A stretch of 64,000 nucleotides of DNA from NCBI RefSeq assembly GCF_009914755.1, contig NC_060942.1. One strand, written 5' to 3'. The stretch's first letter is position 1; every line of letters starts with the position of its first letter. This DNA comes from the human T2T-CHM13v2.0 reference genome, Homo sapiens. Below are positions 1-14,205 of this stretch, piece after piece. Both the position numbers and the translations under genes were made by a program. The notes beneath the pieces were generated by a model, which was not told the origin of the DNA, did not search any database, and saw only the letters and a program-made list of their open reading frames with translations.

Positions 1-1197
1 CTCACTTCTAAACCCTCCTTCAAGTAGCTATCACAATTAAACACTCCCATTCAGATTCTTTCAATCTGCAAGCTTACTCCTTACAGTCATCTGCTTTCTC
101 GGCATTCTCATCCCTACGCTACTCTGCATATCCTTCCTGGTGAATGAACACTCCACTCCATTCCCCTTTCCCCATCATGACTTTCCTGTGCTTTCTGGGA
201 CTCCCACTCAGGGATCAGCAAATTCCTCCAACCCTTTTCTGAACATTCCCTCTACCACTTTGCCTGAATTGAAACCTGTCTAACCCCTGCAGGCAGTGAC
301 CCCCTTCAGTTGTCTCAGGCAGAAGCCACTTCTACCTTCAAACTCTGTTTATCAAGGTTGGGAGGGAGAATCTGTGCCTCTCTTTATTCTCCAATGCCAC
401 TTCCTGACCACAGCTCTCTATTCTATTTTTTGAGGTTTATAAAATTTAACTTGTAAATGGAAAAGGGAAAAAAGTGGCCAAAAACTCAAATCGAGAATAC
501 ATTTGGAAGTAAATATCTTTTTCACCCCACAATTCAACCCCTCAACCACCCTTCACGCTTTCACATGTTGACTCCTGAGTGGGAGTTCCAGAAGGCACAG
601 GAAAGTCATGGGAGGAAGAGAGGGATGGAGTGGAGTGTTCCCTCAGCTGCCTGCACATATATGTGCATGTACGTGGCAGAGGCACATGAACATCTGGGCA
701 CATGTGTACATACACACACACAGGCTGATATTTACATCTTTACACAAATACATACACATGAGGACAAATACAAACATACCTGTGACTATGTAATGATTCA
801 CACACCTGTGCGTGCTCATATGCATGCTTGCTTTCATAAAATGAGGGCATGCGTTCATATTTTCAGTTTATCAACAAACTTTTTAAAAAGTATAATATAC
901 GTATAAGAAAAGTACGCAAATCAGCTTGACAAATTATCTCAAAGTGAATACGCTCATTTAACACTGTCTCGCTACCTGTGATTTTCACTTAACGCTCCAT
1001 TGTGAATATCTTCTCGACTATCATGGGTCCATTCTAGGATTGAAGGCACAATTTACTTAAGTAGTCCAAGATCTTTAGGCCTTTTCCGTTGTTTTACTAT
1101 TAGAAAAAATGCTGCAATCGTTACCCTTGTTCATGTCTCTGTAACCACATTTATGAGAATAAATGAAAGTGGAAATTCTGGGTTTCCTTGCTGTCTT

Positions 1198-1640
<443 letters not shown>

Positions 1641-1937
1641 TAGCCTGTAGAGGAGCTGCCACTGAACTTCCTAGCGATGCTGTTGCCCCTCTCACCAAGG
1701 CCCATGGCCTTAATGGATGGGGTGTCCTTGAGGCCCTCTTGTGGAACGTCATCCTCTGGGGGGTCTTCTGGCTTTACGTGTTGTGTTCCAGCATGCCCGC
1801 TTGTGTCGGCCCCTTTGTGTTTTCTTACGCCTTCTGGCAGGACACCCCAGACATTTCCCCTTCACTTAGTGTTGGTCATCACTTTCTCTGGGCTTCAAAG
1901 AACCCCCTTAGAGGCAAGTTTGCCCATCTCTTAAGAT

Positions 1938-2072
1938 TAATGTTGCCAGATCTAGCAAATAAAATTACAAGATGCCCAGTTCAATTAAAATTTCAGATAA
2001 GCAACAGATACTTTTTAGCATAAAAGTGTCCCCCAATACCATATGAAACATTTTAATGTTATCTAGCAACCC
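1938..2072. mobile_element. MER53-like hAT MITE, internally deleted
   Basis: Terminal inverted ends gttgccagat...atctagcaaccct. Core cccagttcaattaaaatttcagataagcaac matches the copy at ~60340. Confidence 0.75.
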
Positions 2073-2574
2073 TCCCTGAGATTCTTGCCAGGGTGTTAAA
2101 TCTTGTATTCCTAGAAAGTGTCCCCCAAACCAATATATTTTTGCTTATCCAGTTATATATTCTATGTCCCTTGATCAAGCACTCTCAAAATTCAATACCA
2201 GGGGTGGCCTCTGGCCCCTGTCAGGGCATGTAGGTGATGTTTGCAGCCCCTTCCATGCACATTGGCTTTCTTGCCTTATTAGAGCCAGTTGCATCCCCAG
2301 GTAGGTTATGCTGAGATTTAACCCCTACCCTTATCAGCTTGGCAGCCAGGGGAGGAGGTGGAAGCAGCCTCCATGGCTTTGCAGAGAAGCCTCTGCAGCA
2401 CATTTAAGCATGAGGAAGCCCAGTTCTTCCCACCCTCTTCCTAGGGAGGGTGGGCAATCTTAGCAGGTTCTGACAGTGCAGGCAGGTCTACAGAACCCAC
2501 ATTTTCTGGACTTTATGTCTGCACATCCCCATCCCATGTTGCAGGATCTCAGGATTTCCCAGCCAAGGCCCCAG

Positions 2575-2797
2575 CCAGTGGTATGCTTCTAAGTGTTTAA
2601 CAAGCAGCTCTTCAAAAAGAGGGATGAAGAAAACCTCTGAATCATACAGTATTTGCTGATTTCTACGGTGCAAATATCACACCACAGCTGACTTCAAGCT
2701 ATCAATTATAATGTCATTGAATGAGGAGTTCTGAAGAGGCACTAATGATTAATTGGCTCTTGTGAGCTAAAAAAGAGCTAGGTCCAGTGTACTATTG
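2575..2797. mobile_element. MER63-like hAT DNA transposon relic
   Basis: Ends cagtggtatgct...ccagtgtactattg. Internal gtgcaaatatcacaccacagctgacttcaagcta resembles MER63. Confidence 0.65.
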
Positions 2798-3355
2798 GCT
2801 CTGCCCTCAGCAGAACAGACTGGCTGAGCATATAAGCATCTCTGGAGCTTTGTGACTCTAAATCGGGGCCTGCATCTGTTGCACAGCTGTGTCCACTCTT
2901 GTGCTGCAGGAGATAAGGGCATCTTTGTAAGCTACAAAAGAGAGCTCTGCCTCTCACACTTAGCTTGCTAATGGCTCTTGGTCTCTCACTGTCCCTCCAC
3001 AGGACAGCAATACAACTCAGCAGTAGCCAGTCAACTCTGCCATCTTCATAGACCCCCAATGCCTTTCAAATGCCTAAAGAATTTCACCTGCAAAAGTGTT
3101 CTCCTTTCTGGAACTTTTCCCAGGTACGACCAGTAAAATCCTTAGCAATTGGGCCCCTCTTCGGGCCAGAGACAACCTCCTCTGTCTCACATAACACTCA
3201 GAATGGCATTCTTTGCTTACAGAGAGGTAAATGAGCCAGTTCTCAAATCCCATCATGTGGTCTATTTTCTTTTCAACAATTTTTTTTTATTTGATATTTC
3301 CAACATCTCAGCAGAATCATTGTGGTCTGTTTTCTTGGACAGCTCCTGGTACCAT

Positions 3356-3725
3356 TTGTGTTAGTTCTAGTCCTCTAAGAAGTAGGCACCAAGATGGGAT
3401 TAGATGCACAGAATATTTATGGAGGTAAATGCCTTTGACTCATAAATGAGAAAGAGCAGGGAAAGGTGATGTGGTGAGCTGTCAGAACCCATAAGAGAGA
3501 AGGAGGAGGAAGGCATTGCGAAGGGCAATCACAGACTGCAGTGCACTTCTAAGAAAGCTCCACCCAGAGGAACTGCACATTTGACAGGAATGGGCCTGCA
3601 CCAGATGCACAGGCATAACCAGTTATTGACTGGGGAGCAGCCAGCCATGCAGGTGCGGATCCAGCTTCGTGAACCTCACTCTACACAACCAGCACATTTG
3701 AGCTGTGCATTGTGTGGTTGCCACA
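3356..3725 (-). mobile_element. Old ERVL-class LTR (LTR16/LTR33-like)
   Basis: tgtgttagttctagtcctctaagaagtaggcaccaagatgggattag...tttat opening resembles reverse ERVL LTRs; subfamily uncertain. Confidence 0.5.
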
Positions 3726-4349
3726 TCTGTGTTTCCTATAAACTGGACATTATAGCTAAAGGTTTAACAGATCCAACTTAAGAATCTGGGGCTAGAATAT
3801 TTGATTGGCAATGGTGCAGAACTCACATTGCATTAGTTCAAAAGGCTCATGACATCTGGTCTACCTGCCTTTAGTAATGTGCACACTAAGCCCTGGATTA
3901 GAGGGATAGCAGCCTTGTCATCCTAGATCACAGTCATCCTCACCAGTGACCTCCCCATTCCCTGCCATCTCTGCTAAACATGGCCACTGTCTTAATGCAG
4001 AACTCATCATCTCTGAAACTGTGCCATCTCAACACTCCCTCAGAACAATATTCCTAGCTCATATCTCCACTCACCAAGAACATTTCACAAGTGCCTAGTT
4101 TGCCCCAGTGTCAGTAAAGCAACTGTTGTCAATCTCATCAAGAAATAAGTTGAGTGGGAAATGGCTCGTGTTTCTTTTGCATTTATCACCTTCCAGGTTC
4201 TGTTCTTGACATTGCAAATGGTATTTAATTTTCACAAAATCCTCTGAGGCAAGTACGATTGTCCCTATTTTACGCATAGTAAGTGCTGGAGCTGGATACG
4301 AAACTGTGTCTGCTGATCCTGGAGCCTATACCTGGCTAATAACAACAGC

Positions 4350-4760
4350 CTGGCAGGGCAGGCCAAGGAATTTATATTCATGGCTGGAAGTGAAAAAGGA
4401 ACCAATGGGGATTTTTAAGTAGGGAAGCAATATAATTAAAGTAGTATATTTTTAAAATTAGTCTACAGGTTGTATGCAAGTGGGATTAAAGGAGGAGAAA
4501 ACTAAAGTCAGAGAAACCATTTAGAAGTCAGGCACAATTATCCAGAAACTTATAGGGTTGGGCGGAGATGGTCGTGGGTGTAGCAGAGGAGGACAAAAAG
4601 GGATGAGATTTAGAGACGTTTTGAACAGAAAATTAATGTGAGTTTTTAAACTGACATGCCAAGTCTATGGAAAAAGTTAACAGAGTCAACAGTTATTCCA
4701 GATGTTGAGGCTGAGTGGCTGGGAGGCTGGGAGAACTGACCTTGAAGGGATGTTGAGAGA
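4350..4760 (-). mobile_element. L2 LINE fragment
   Basis: Degenerate reverse-L2 motifs (ccaatggggatttttaagtagggaagc, ggatgagatttagagacgtttt). Confidence 0.5.
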
Positions 4761-5656
4761 CAATGGCTGGCACTCAATGTCCACTTGGGAGTTTCGTGCA
4801 CGCACCCTTGGTGGAGTCGAGAGCATGAAAGGGTGCTTCCAAAGAGCCTGTGGGTGGAAACGGCAGAGAGCCAGAGGCCGGGCCTTAGAGAGCCTCTGCT
4901 TCTGGGGCTGGGGGAGGAAGAAGCTCTAAGATGCCAACCCCACAAAGAGCCAAAGAAGATGCTGGAGGAGGACCAGAGAATTTAAAACCAGAGAAGCTAA
5001 GTGCATCACATTGAAATTATGTTTTCTTAAAGATTTTTATATACCCTGGAGTTTTCAAAATTGAGAGCAGTATAGACAATATTCAGTTCAACATGTTTGG
5101 CTGAATAATATTGTTAACAATAGGGCTTTTTAAAATGGAAATTTTTGCAATTAAGCCAGGGATGTGACATGTCCCATAAAAAGAAAGACTAGTGTGCTTC
5201 CAAAATTAAGATAAAAAGGCTAGTAATTACTGAACAGCCAAATAGGTCTTCAAACAAATAGAAGTCCTTCTCAGAAAAAAACGGCGTCTGGAGTCTGGCC
5301 ATATATTTGCTCATCATTCCTGAAAGTATGGGCACATTTAGAACATCCTGTCCTCTACCAGCACCCTTGATTCTCAGCCCCTTTTCTAAAATTACAGTTT
5401 CCAGTGATAGCTACCCCTGAAATACTGGCTTTTCTCCAGGACCGTGGCAAGTATTTATGGCATGGCTTCTTTTATTTAAAAATTGTGAGATTTTATTTTC
5501 CTTAAGTCCTTAAAACACACAGTCCACTACTGTTGTTTAAACTGTCTTTACCACTGGTGTGCTGAACTTCCAAAATATTTAGGCAAGAGCTTACTAAAGT
5601 TAAAAGTCAGGTAAATGAGGACTCAATGGGAAAAGGATAGTCTCTTCAATAAATGG

Positions 5657-6130
5657 AGATACTAGGCTATTCACAATAGCAAAGACATGGAATCAGCGTA
5701 AAAGCCCATCAATAGTAGACTGGATAAAAAAAATGTGGTACATATATACCATGGGCTACTACACAGCCATAAAAAAGATGAAATTCTGTTTTTTGCAGCA
5801 ACGTGAATGGAGCTGGAGGCCGTTATCCTTAGTGAACTAACACAGGAACAGAAAAGTGAATACTGCATGTTCTCACTTATAAGTTGGAGCTAAACATTGA
5901 GTACACATGGACACAAAGAATGGAACAACACACACCAAGGGCTACTTTAGGGTGGAAAGAGGTAGGAGGGTGAGGATCAAAAAATTACCTATCAGGTACT
6001 ATGCTTACTACCTGTATAGGCAAAATAATTTTACAACAAACCCCTGTGACATGCAATTTACCTATGTAACAAACATGCACATGTATTCCTGAACCTAAAA
6101 TAAAAGTTAAAAAAATTAAAAATTAAAAAA
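5657..6130 (+). mobile_element. 5'-truncated L1PA/L1PB 3' end nested in the older L1
   Basis: tattcacaatagcaaagacatggaatca ... ctgaacctaaaataaaagttaaaaaa, flanked by aataaatg on both sides (TSD-like). Confidence 0.88.
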
Positions 6131-6569
6131 TAAATGAGTGGTGCTGGAAAAACTGGATTTTTACATGCAAAAGAATGAAATTGGACTCTTATCTTATACT
6201 ACATAAAAAAATCAACTCAAAGTTAAAAAAAAAAACCCTAAATATAGGACAAGAAACCACAAATTTCCCAGAAGAGAACATAGGGGAAAAGCTCCTTGAT
6301 ATTGACATTGGCAAAGGTTTTGTTTGTTGTTGTTGTTGTTTTGACAATACACCAAAAGCTCAGGCTACAAAAGCAAAAACGAATAAATGCGATGTCATCA
6401 AAATTTAAAAAACTTCTGTACAGCAAAGGAAACAATCAACAGGGTGAAGAGACAATCTATGGAATGATAGAATATATTTGGACACCATGCATCTGATAAG
6501 GGGTTCATATCCAAAATCGATCAGAAATCAAACTCAATAGTAGAAAACAAATAACCTGATTCAGAAATA

Positions 6570-6803
6570 GTGCCCTGACAGTGGCGCATGTCACTGAGGA
6601 GGCTGAGACAGGAGGATCACTTGAGCCCAGAAGTTCGAGATCAGCCTGGGCAATATAGCAGGATAGAACAGGATTGCTTGAGCCTGGGAGTTTGCAGTGA
6701 GCTATGATCGCACCACTGCACTCCACCCTGGGCAACAGAGTGAGACCCTGTCTCAGAAAAACAAACAAACAAAATAAATAAATAAATAAAACAAGAAAAA
6801 AAA
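6570..6803 (+). mobile_element. Heavily deleted AluJ
   Basis: gaggctgagacaggaggatcacttgagcccag ... gcaacagagtgagaccctgtctcag followed by an AAAC/AAAT tail. Central linker absent. Confidence 0.85.
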
Positions 6804-8924
6804 CGCAAATTGAAACCACTATGAGATACCACCCCACACCCTTTAGGATGGCTATTATCAAAAAAACAAGAGGTAACAAATGGAGAGAGTGTTGGGAGGG
6901 TTGGAGAAAAGGGAACACTTATGCATTGTTAGTGGGAATGTAGATTGCTGCAGCCACTATGGAAAACAGTATGGAGGTTTCTAAAGAAATTAAAAATAGA
7001 ACTACCATACCATATGACCTAGTAATCCTATACTAAAAGGAGATTAAATCACCCGCTAGTAGAGATACCTGCACTCTTATGTTCACTACAGCATTATTCA
7101 CAATAGTCAAGGTATGAAAACAACCTAACTGTCAACGGATGAATGGATAAAGAAACTGTGTAATATTCCAACACACGCACAACAGAATAATTCAGCCTTA
7201 GAAAGAAGGAGATCCTGCCATTTGCCACAACATGGTTGAACCTGGAGGTTATTATGTGAAGTGAAATAAGCCAGACAGAGAAAGAAAAATATTGCATGAT
7301 CTCACTTATATGTGGAATCTAAGAAAACAGAAAGGTCATATCTGCAGAGATAGAGAACAAAACAGTGGTAACCAGTGGGAGGAAATTGGGAGATGTAGGT
7401 CAAAGGATACAAAATAGCAGATACGTGGGATGGACAAGGGTAGAGATCTAATGTGTAACATGAGGACTATAGGTAATAAAACTACGTTGTATTAGAGAGT
7501 TTTGTTAAATAAGTAGATTTTAGCTGCTCTTGGCACACAAATATTGTAACTATGTGAGATGATAGTTATGTTAATTTGTTTCTCTCTAGTAACCAATTTA
7601 CTATTTATATGTATCCCATATCCAATTGTAAACCTCCAATATACACAATAAAATTTATTTTAAAAAATAATAAAATGAAAATAAAAATATTTACATGAAA
7701 CTTTTAAAAACCAGCTAAATGGACAAGTAAAGCACATTAATCACAATAAACAAGAAAAATGAAAACTTCACAGAGCTGGAAGTTGTTCATCAGCATTCTC
7801 ACTACATAAAACACAGTTAGCCTCCTTCTCCCTTCTTGACCCCTAACCCTTCCCCCTCCCCATCCTACCCTCCTACCAAAAAAAAGGAAATATAATAAAA
7901 AGCCTGTGAGCTCCAAAAATAGGTAATCCGAGTCCAAGTCTCAAAGATCACGTATGGCATGCTAACAATCTTATCAACATTTCTCGCACTGTGTTTTAAT
8001 GCAAGACACTCAGTTTTAGATGTTACTCTTCTTCTAGTTTTACCAATATTTGCATCTTATAAACAAACCACAGTGGATTAGGAGTGGTTTGCTGTGTGTG
8101 GCTTTGGTTGACTGTCAGTGAAGGGCACTGGACATAGGGACATGAAAAAGAGACAGTGGGGAGAAGAGCAGACAGCATGATGCTGAAGAGAAGAAAAGAA
8201 ACCTACGCAAGCAGAAACAAGCAACAGAAACAATAAGGCAGCCCAGAGTTGTTTATTTATCAAAACAGGATTGAGACAATAGGGTAGAGCAAACAGGGTG
8301 TCAAACATGGCCTCTGTAGCCCCAAAGGTTGTCACTACACAGAAAGGATGCTCAGCCATAACGAATCAGTTTAATTCTATTCCACGTTTTTCTTGATGAG
8401 AAATACATGCCACATTTAAGAAAGCTACCGATTCAAAATGGTTAACATTTTCTAAAAATACACTGAGGTCTACAAAAATTGAATTGGCTTATTGTATCTT
8501 CACTGCTGTTGGAGAAGTGAAGTTTTACCATCAGGCAATTCTCCTCCTGTGCATAATGATACCATACTGAAGTTTTAAATAGAAAGACATTGAAGTTTTT
8601 GAACCTTAATGTGAAGTTGTCCCTTTCAATTAAATATGGCACATATGTATTAATAAACAGACATCCCTGTAAAGTGAATTTCTCTGTACATGGAATCCAA
8701 ATTTCTCACTGGTTTATATGTTAAATTCATATGTAGGAAAAACTTTAAAAATGTTCATAAACTATAATAAAGACAATAATTCAGCTCTTCTGAAAACTGC
8801 AGGCAGATAGGGTACAGTAGCAGACAGGACTTCGGAAGTACTGGGTTTAAGCCCAGGGCAGGTTAAAGGTTGTGGCTGTGGCTTTGAACAAGCCACTTTT
8901 GCCCTTCTGAATCTATGCAGATGC

Positions 8925-9030
8925 TTTGTTCATTTCAGAAGCATTTCTAGAGCTCCTACTAAGTGCCAGGCCTCATGCTAGGTCTCAGGCATACAAGGGT
9001 AAACAAGACAAGGCCTCTGGCTTCATAGGT
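8925..9030 (-). mobile_element. L2 3' end
   Basis: ttcatttcagaagcatttctagagctcctactaagtgccaggc...aaacaagaca resembles the reverse L2 terminus. Confidence 0.65.
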
Positions 9031-9179
9031 TATCCAAGAACCTTGAAATGGTTTTGAACTTTTGGGATGAATAATGCTGGAAATTAGTTCAAGACAAATT
9101 CCCTGGAGATTTTAAGTGTGAAATACTAAGGATTACACAATTCACTCCCTGCTTAGCGTCTAAGGAGGAATCGCATTTC

Positions 9180-9445
9180 ACCCTCGCTCCCTGGGAAGTG
9201 CGTGGCCGCCCCAGTCCTGGGTCCCGTGCTGCCTCAGCACCATCTGCTGGCTCACGAGGGAAGGGCCTGCAGGGAGGTCCTGTGGGGTCGGCCCAGCCCC
9301 ACCCAAGGACCGCCTTACAGACCTCCTGGCAGGGACCAATGATGGCTGGTTGGCCAAAATAACTCTTGCTGGTGAAGAAAGCTGGGAGAAACATGACGTC
9401 TGAAGGGTTACTCGCCACCGTCTGGCGTAGGTGACTCAGCCAGGC
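9180..9445. promoter_or_regulatory. Candidate enhancer/promoter (GC-rich, locally CpG-enriched, motif cluster)
   Basis: GC-box 9205-9212, CACCC ~9296-9304, CCAAT 9336-9340, CRE-like TGACGTC 9394-9400, AP-1/ARE GTGACTCAGC 9431-9440. Confidence 0.45.
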
Positions 9446-9751
9446 AGGACCTCACACAGAGGAAACATTATGATTGCTCTAAGTACTGTAAGAAGAGAAT
9501 TATTATTTTGTTGTGAGTGTATGATCCAATAAAGGTAACAATATACAGAATCACATGCCCTGTAGGTGAGACTCCAACCCGTCCTAGACTTACTGCCTGT
9601 GTGGAGATGCCTGGGAGAGCGTGGCAGGGCTGCAGCAGCTCACATTCCCCACGTACCTGCCCTGGCAGACAGCCTGGGATTGGCAAATGCACAATCATAT
9701 TCACCAGGTGAAGAAAGGACCAGGACTTCCCCTATGGTCCGTCTTTTCTGA

Positions 9752-10078
<327 letters not shown>

Positions 10079-10223
10079 TCTTTTTTGATTCTTGAAGTCA
10101 CTCTTAGCACTTTGCTGAGGCTGTTTGTTAGCTTAGTGGTTTTCTATTCTGATTGTATCTGTTTTGACTTTGAAGGGAAAATGATATATTTGTTTGGTCA
10201 GAAAGACATAAGCCAAATAGTGG

Positions 10224-10620
10224 TGTGCAGTTGGGTTGCTCCACGAAGCAGAGCCTGAGATGAAGGCTTACAAATGGACTGTTTATTTGAAGGGACAGGA
10301 TTGTGGGACAGAGGCATAGAACAGGGAAGGAGGGAAAGTTGCATTAAGAAGGTGTTGTCCAATGGGGTACCGTGGCAGGCAGTCAATGCTCTGTCCAGCC
10401 TGGATCTTCTGAAGAGCCATTTGAAATATGTCTCAGAACTGTCTTCTCCAGGGAATTGGAGGCTGGACCCCACGTTATGATCATGCAGGTGCAAATACCA
10501 GAATGTGCTCCAAGGTGCCTCCTGCATGGCAGCCGCCATCACACCCAAAGGCAAGAAAGAAGAGGCGTGCACAGGTGTGAGATTGCACCTGCGAGAAGCT
10601 GTCAGCGTCCTCAGAGAGGC
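10224..10620 (-). mobile_element. Old ERVL-class LTR (LTR16/LTR33-like)
   Basis: gggttgctccacgaagcagagcctgagatgaaggc...tttatttg matches the reverse opening of ERVL LTRs. Confidence 0.5.
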
Positions 10621-11957
10621 AGAACTTGAGCATTGTGAAATGGCATGCAACAGGAGCCCAGTTCAAGTATTTACTCAGGAATAAAAAGTTTGGACATGTT
10701 ACAGATGATTTATAACGACCTCCTAAATTATTGTAGCATTATTGATTGATTGGGTAGGTGGAAAAATGTGGAAGCTTGGCTAAGCCTGGGAATAAATAAA
10801 GGTGGGTGACTTTTCAGCCTTTATAGTCTATAAAAGAGTATCTCCCCTCACACTCACTTTTTATTATCAGTGCACTACTAGACTCTGACTTTAGCAATTT
10901 TGTTGTAAATAATAGTATATTTAGAAATCTATTCTTGAGACTAAGACTATGCATAAAAGGTTCCTGGGAAACCGAAAGTTATCATTTATTTGGCTAATTA
11001 CGTCTAACTAGGTAGCTAAAATGCATAATAAGAATCCAAATAGCATTTTCCCACAGAGGGGGATTAATTGAATAATTAATAGCCTTCTCTATTTTGCATG
11101 AATAATTAAGAAGTCTAAAGGAACTACAAGCTGAATTCCATTACACCGAACGATTCCCAGGCCAATAGCAATGGCATATTAAAAGCAATATTCAATACAA
11201 CCAAATTGTAGGACACACAAACCCTGACAGCATTCTCTCAGAGCTTGTTATAACAAGTTTTGACCCTGAGCAATAATCACTGGATTTTTCAACATTGTCA
11301 TGTGAAAATACATTTTGTAGTCAGTTTGTTTCTCGTCCAGGTGAACAAAGCATACTTGTTCTAGGAGCAAATCAATGGTTTCATTGTTAATGTGGCATTT
11401 GGCAGGGAGGGAGAGTTATTGTTGGCTTATTTATCACACACATTTCTGGAGATGATCCACTAGTTTTAAATAGGAACAGGACATTTTAAATGCAAAATAC
11501 ACTGGAATTTCTCGATAATGGACATTTCTCCTTGTACAAGTTTCTCTTCAGAGATTAATATCTAAAACTCCCCGCTACAAGAAAAATTTGTTGCAGTAGT
11601 GGGGTTCCTATGTAGCATCTTAGGCGGTCTTAGCAGCGCCTTGGAACTCTTCAACCTCTGCTGTTAGCCCTCTGGAGTTTCCACATAGAGCATCCAAGCC
11701 TGCCTCTCCCTCCATGAGCACTTTTTCCTCTATGGACTGTTTACTGCCTGCAAGGCAGCAAGAGTTTCTGAGGGGCTGAATTACAAGGCAAGTGCTTTGG
11801 CTGAAATCCAAATGAAAATCATGGTTTCTCCATTGATTACCTGTAATTAAAATTGTTTCTTGATTAGAAGATCAACATTTTCCTCTATTTTAATATGCCT
11901 TAAATCAAAATGCAGCCTAGATTTGATGTGAATATTTACTATCATATTGTCTGGTGA

Positions 11958-12616
<659 letters not shown>

Positions 12617-12629
12617 CTCCCCCCACCCC

Positions 12630-12845
12630 CAGCCCTCTGTACTGACCTTCCCTGCTTCACATTTTCCATAGCAAATGTCATCATCGGACATATTAGGTGT
12701 GTTACTTATTTATTATACATTTCTCCTGTCTCTCAGGTAAGGTCCCTGAGTATGAGAAACTTTGTTTTGCTCACTGATAAATCCTAAGTAAACACTGTTC
12801 TAGGCACATGGTAGGCTCGATACAAATAGTTTGAATGAATAACTA
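12630..12845 (+). mobile_element. L2 3' end
   Basis: tttgttttgctcactg...ctaggcacatggtaggctcgatacaaatagtttgaatgaat. Confidence 0.7.
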
Positions 12846-12859
12846 TTGGAATGAATAAA

Positions 12860-13245
12860 TATTCTAATGGGGAAAGATAGAACAATGAATAAACCAAATA
12901 ATTACAGGTGTAACAACTGCTGGGTGATAAGAAAGTAGGTAATTAGGGAGGCCACCTTGAGGAGGGTTTAGAGAAATCCCCTGGGAGAAGTGACAAGCCC
13001 AGACCCAAGGGTGAGAGTGAAATGGCACAGAAAGAGTCACGAGTTTTGAAGGAGGGAGGGGTGGGGTTTTGTCAGAATTGTCAGGCAGAAGACAGACAGT
13101 GAGCCTCATTTCATTCAGGCTGTAGGTGAGAGATGAGGCTGGGAAGAGGTTTAGAGCCAGCTCATGCTCAGCCCTGGAGGTCGTGATAAAGAGTTTGGAT
13201 TTTATTTTTAAAGCAATAGGAAATTATTGAAGGATTTTTAAGTCA
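12860..13245 (-). mobile_element. L2 fragment
   Basis: gagatgaggctggg...gagtttggattttatttt...attgaaggatttttaag matches reverse L2. Confidence 0.6.
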
Positions 13246-13877
13246 CTCTATGAGCTACAGGATCTGAAACTTTTTGATTCTCCCTCCTGGGGACGCATAC
13301 ATTTCCACTTAAGAATCTCTGGTCTAAGTCAGAATCTGGTAGCCATCTCACTAATCTTTCAGTATTATGATTCCTCCTTTTCCTCCTCTGTGGCTTCAAA
13401 AAGAGAAATCCTTAGCAACATCTCTCAGGCCTTGGCAACAACCCATAGGCTTATGTATGGCTCTAGGCTCTGTGATTTCACACTGTATGCAAACCCTTGG
13501 AACCTTCCTTGTCTATCTGCTACTTGGGGAGGGAGGTTGCTTTCTTGATTAAAAGATCAGTGCCCCTCTCTCTCCTTTTCTTTTTTAAATAACTACTCCT
13601 GAGTTAATCTGAAAACCTAGCTTTAATATGCATTGCTGCTTTCTTAGTACTCTGCTTTTTCTAGACTCCCATTCTCCCAGGTGAAGCTGGTCACAACTAT
13701 TAGGCAATCTCTATGCTAAACGTAGTCCCGCCCCACTCTTTCCCCAAGGAGAATTTGCATTCCTGCCTTGCTTTAGCCCTCAGCTTTCAGGAGAACTCAC
13801 TTGCTATCATCTATTGAAGCCTGGACCTTGAGGACTCCTGAGTATCTCCTTAGCAACAGATGCAATTCACCTTGCAA

Positions 13878-14205
13878 CAAATCCTACCATAGAACGAAGG
13901 AAACATCGTACTAAAGCAGAGAAATTTAGCACACAAATCATTGTGTTTCAGTAGGGTGCATAGAGAGATTACAGACAATGAAGTTTAAGGCAGTGGTTCT
14001 CAACTTTTTCCCCTCGCCCACATCTCTCTAGGATGTGACCACGATTATGTATGTGTTGGAAATGTCAACCAGGTCGGGTATTTGCTTGTTCCCTTCATTC
14101 CTCCCTCCCTCCCCCACATTTGTTCAACAGCTATACCATGCGTCATACCAGGCTGGGGTCTAGTTATTTGAATGGTAAACATTACAAAGCCTGCTGAAAT
14201 TGCAA
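13878..14205 (+). repeat. Local duplication, copy 2 (no Alu)
   Basis: aatcctaccatagaacgaaggaaac ... aaattgcaa. Carries the uninterrupted acagacaatgaagtttaaggcagtgg site. Confidence 0.95.

Larger units (their letters stand above)
5610..7690 (+). mobile_element. L1MA-type LINE 3' portion (ORF2 end + 3'UTR), interrupted by a younger L1 and an Alu
   Basis: ggatagtctcttcaataaatgg resumes as gtgctggaaaaactgg after the insert. ORF 6175-6408 is degenerate ORF2. L1MA-like 3'UTR ends in an A-rich tail near 7690. Confidence 0.88.

Noticed and set aside
457-906. 149-aa ORF rich in H/T/C/M
   Set aside because: It is the translation of a CA/TG-rich low-complexity tract (650-855) and shows no protein-like features.
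10198-10650. 150-aa ORF
   Set aside because: Lies within an old ERVL-like LTR, with no recognisable domain or splice structure.
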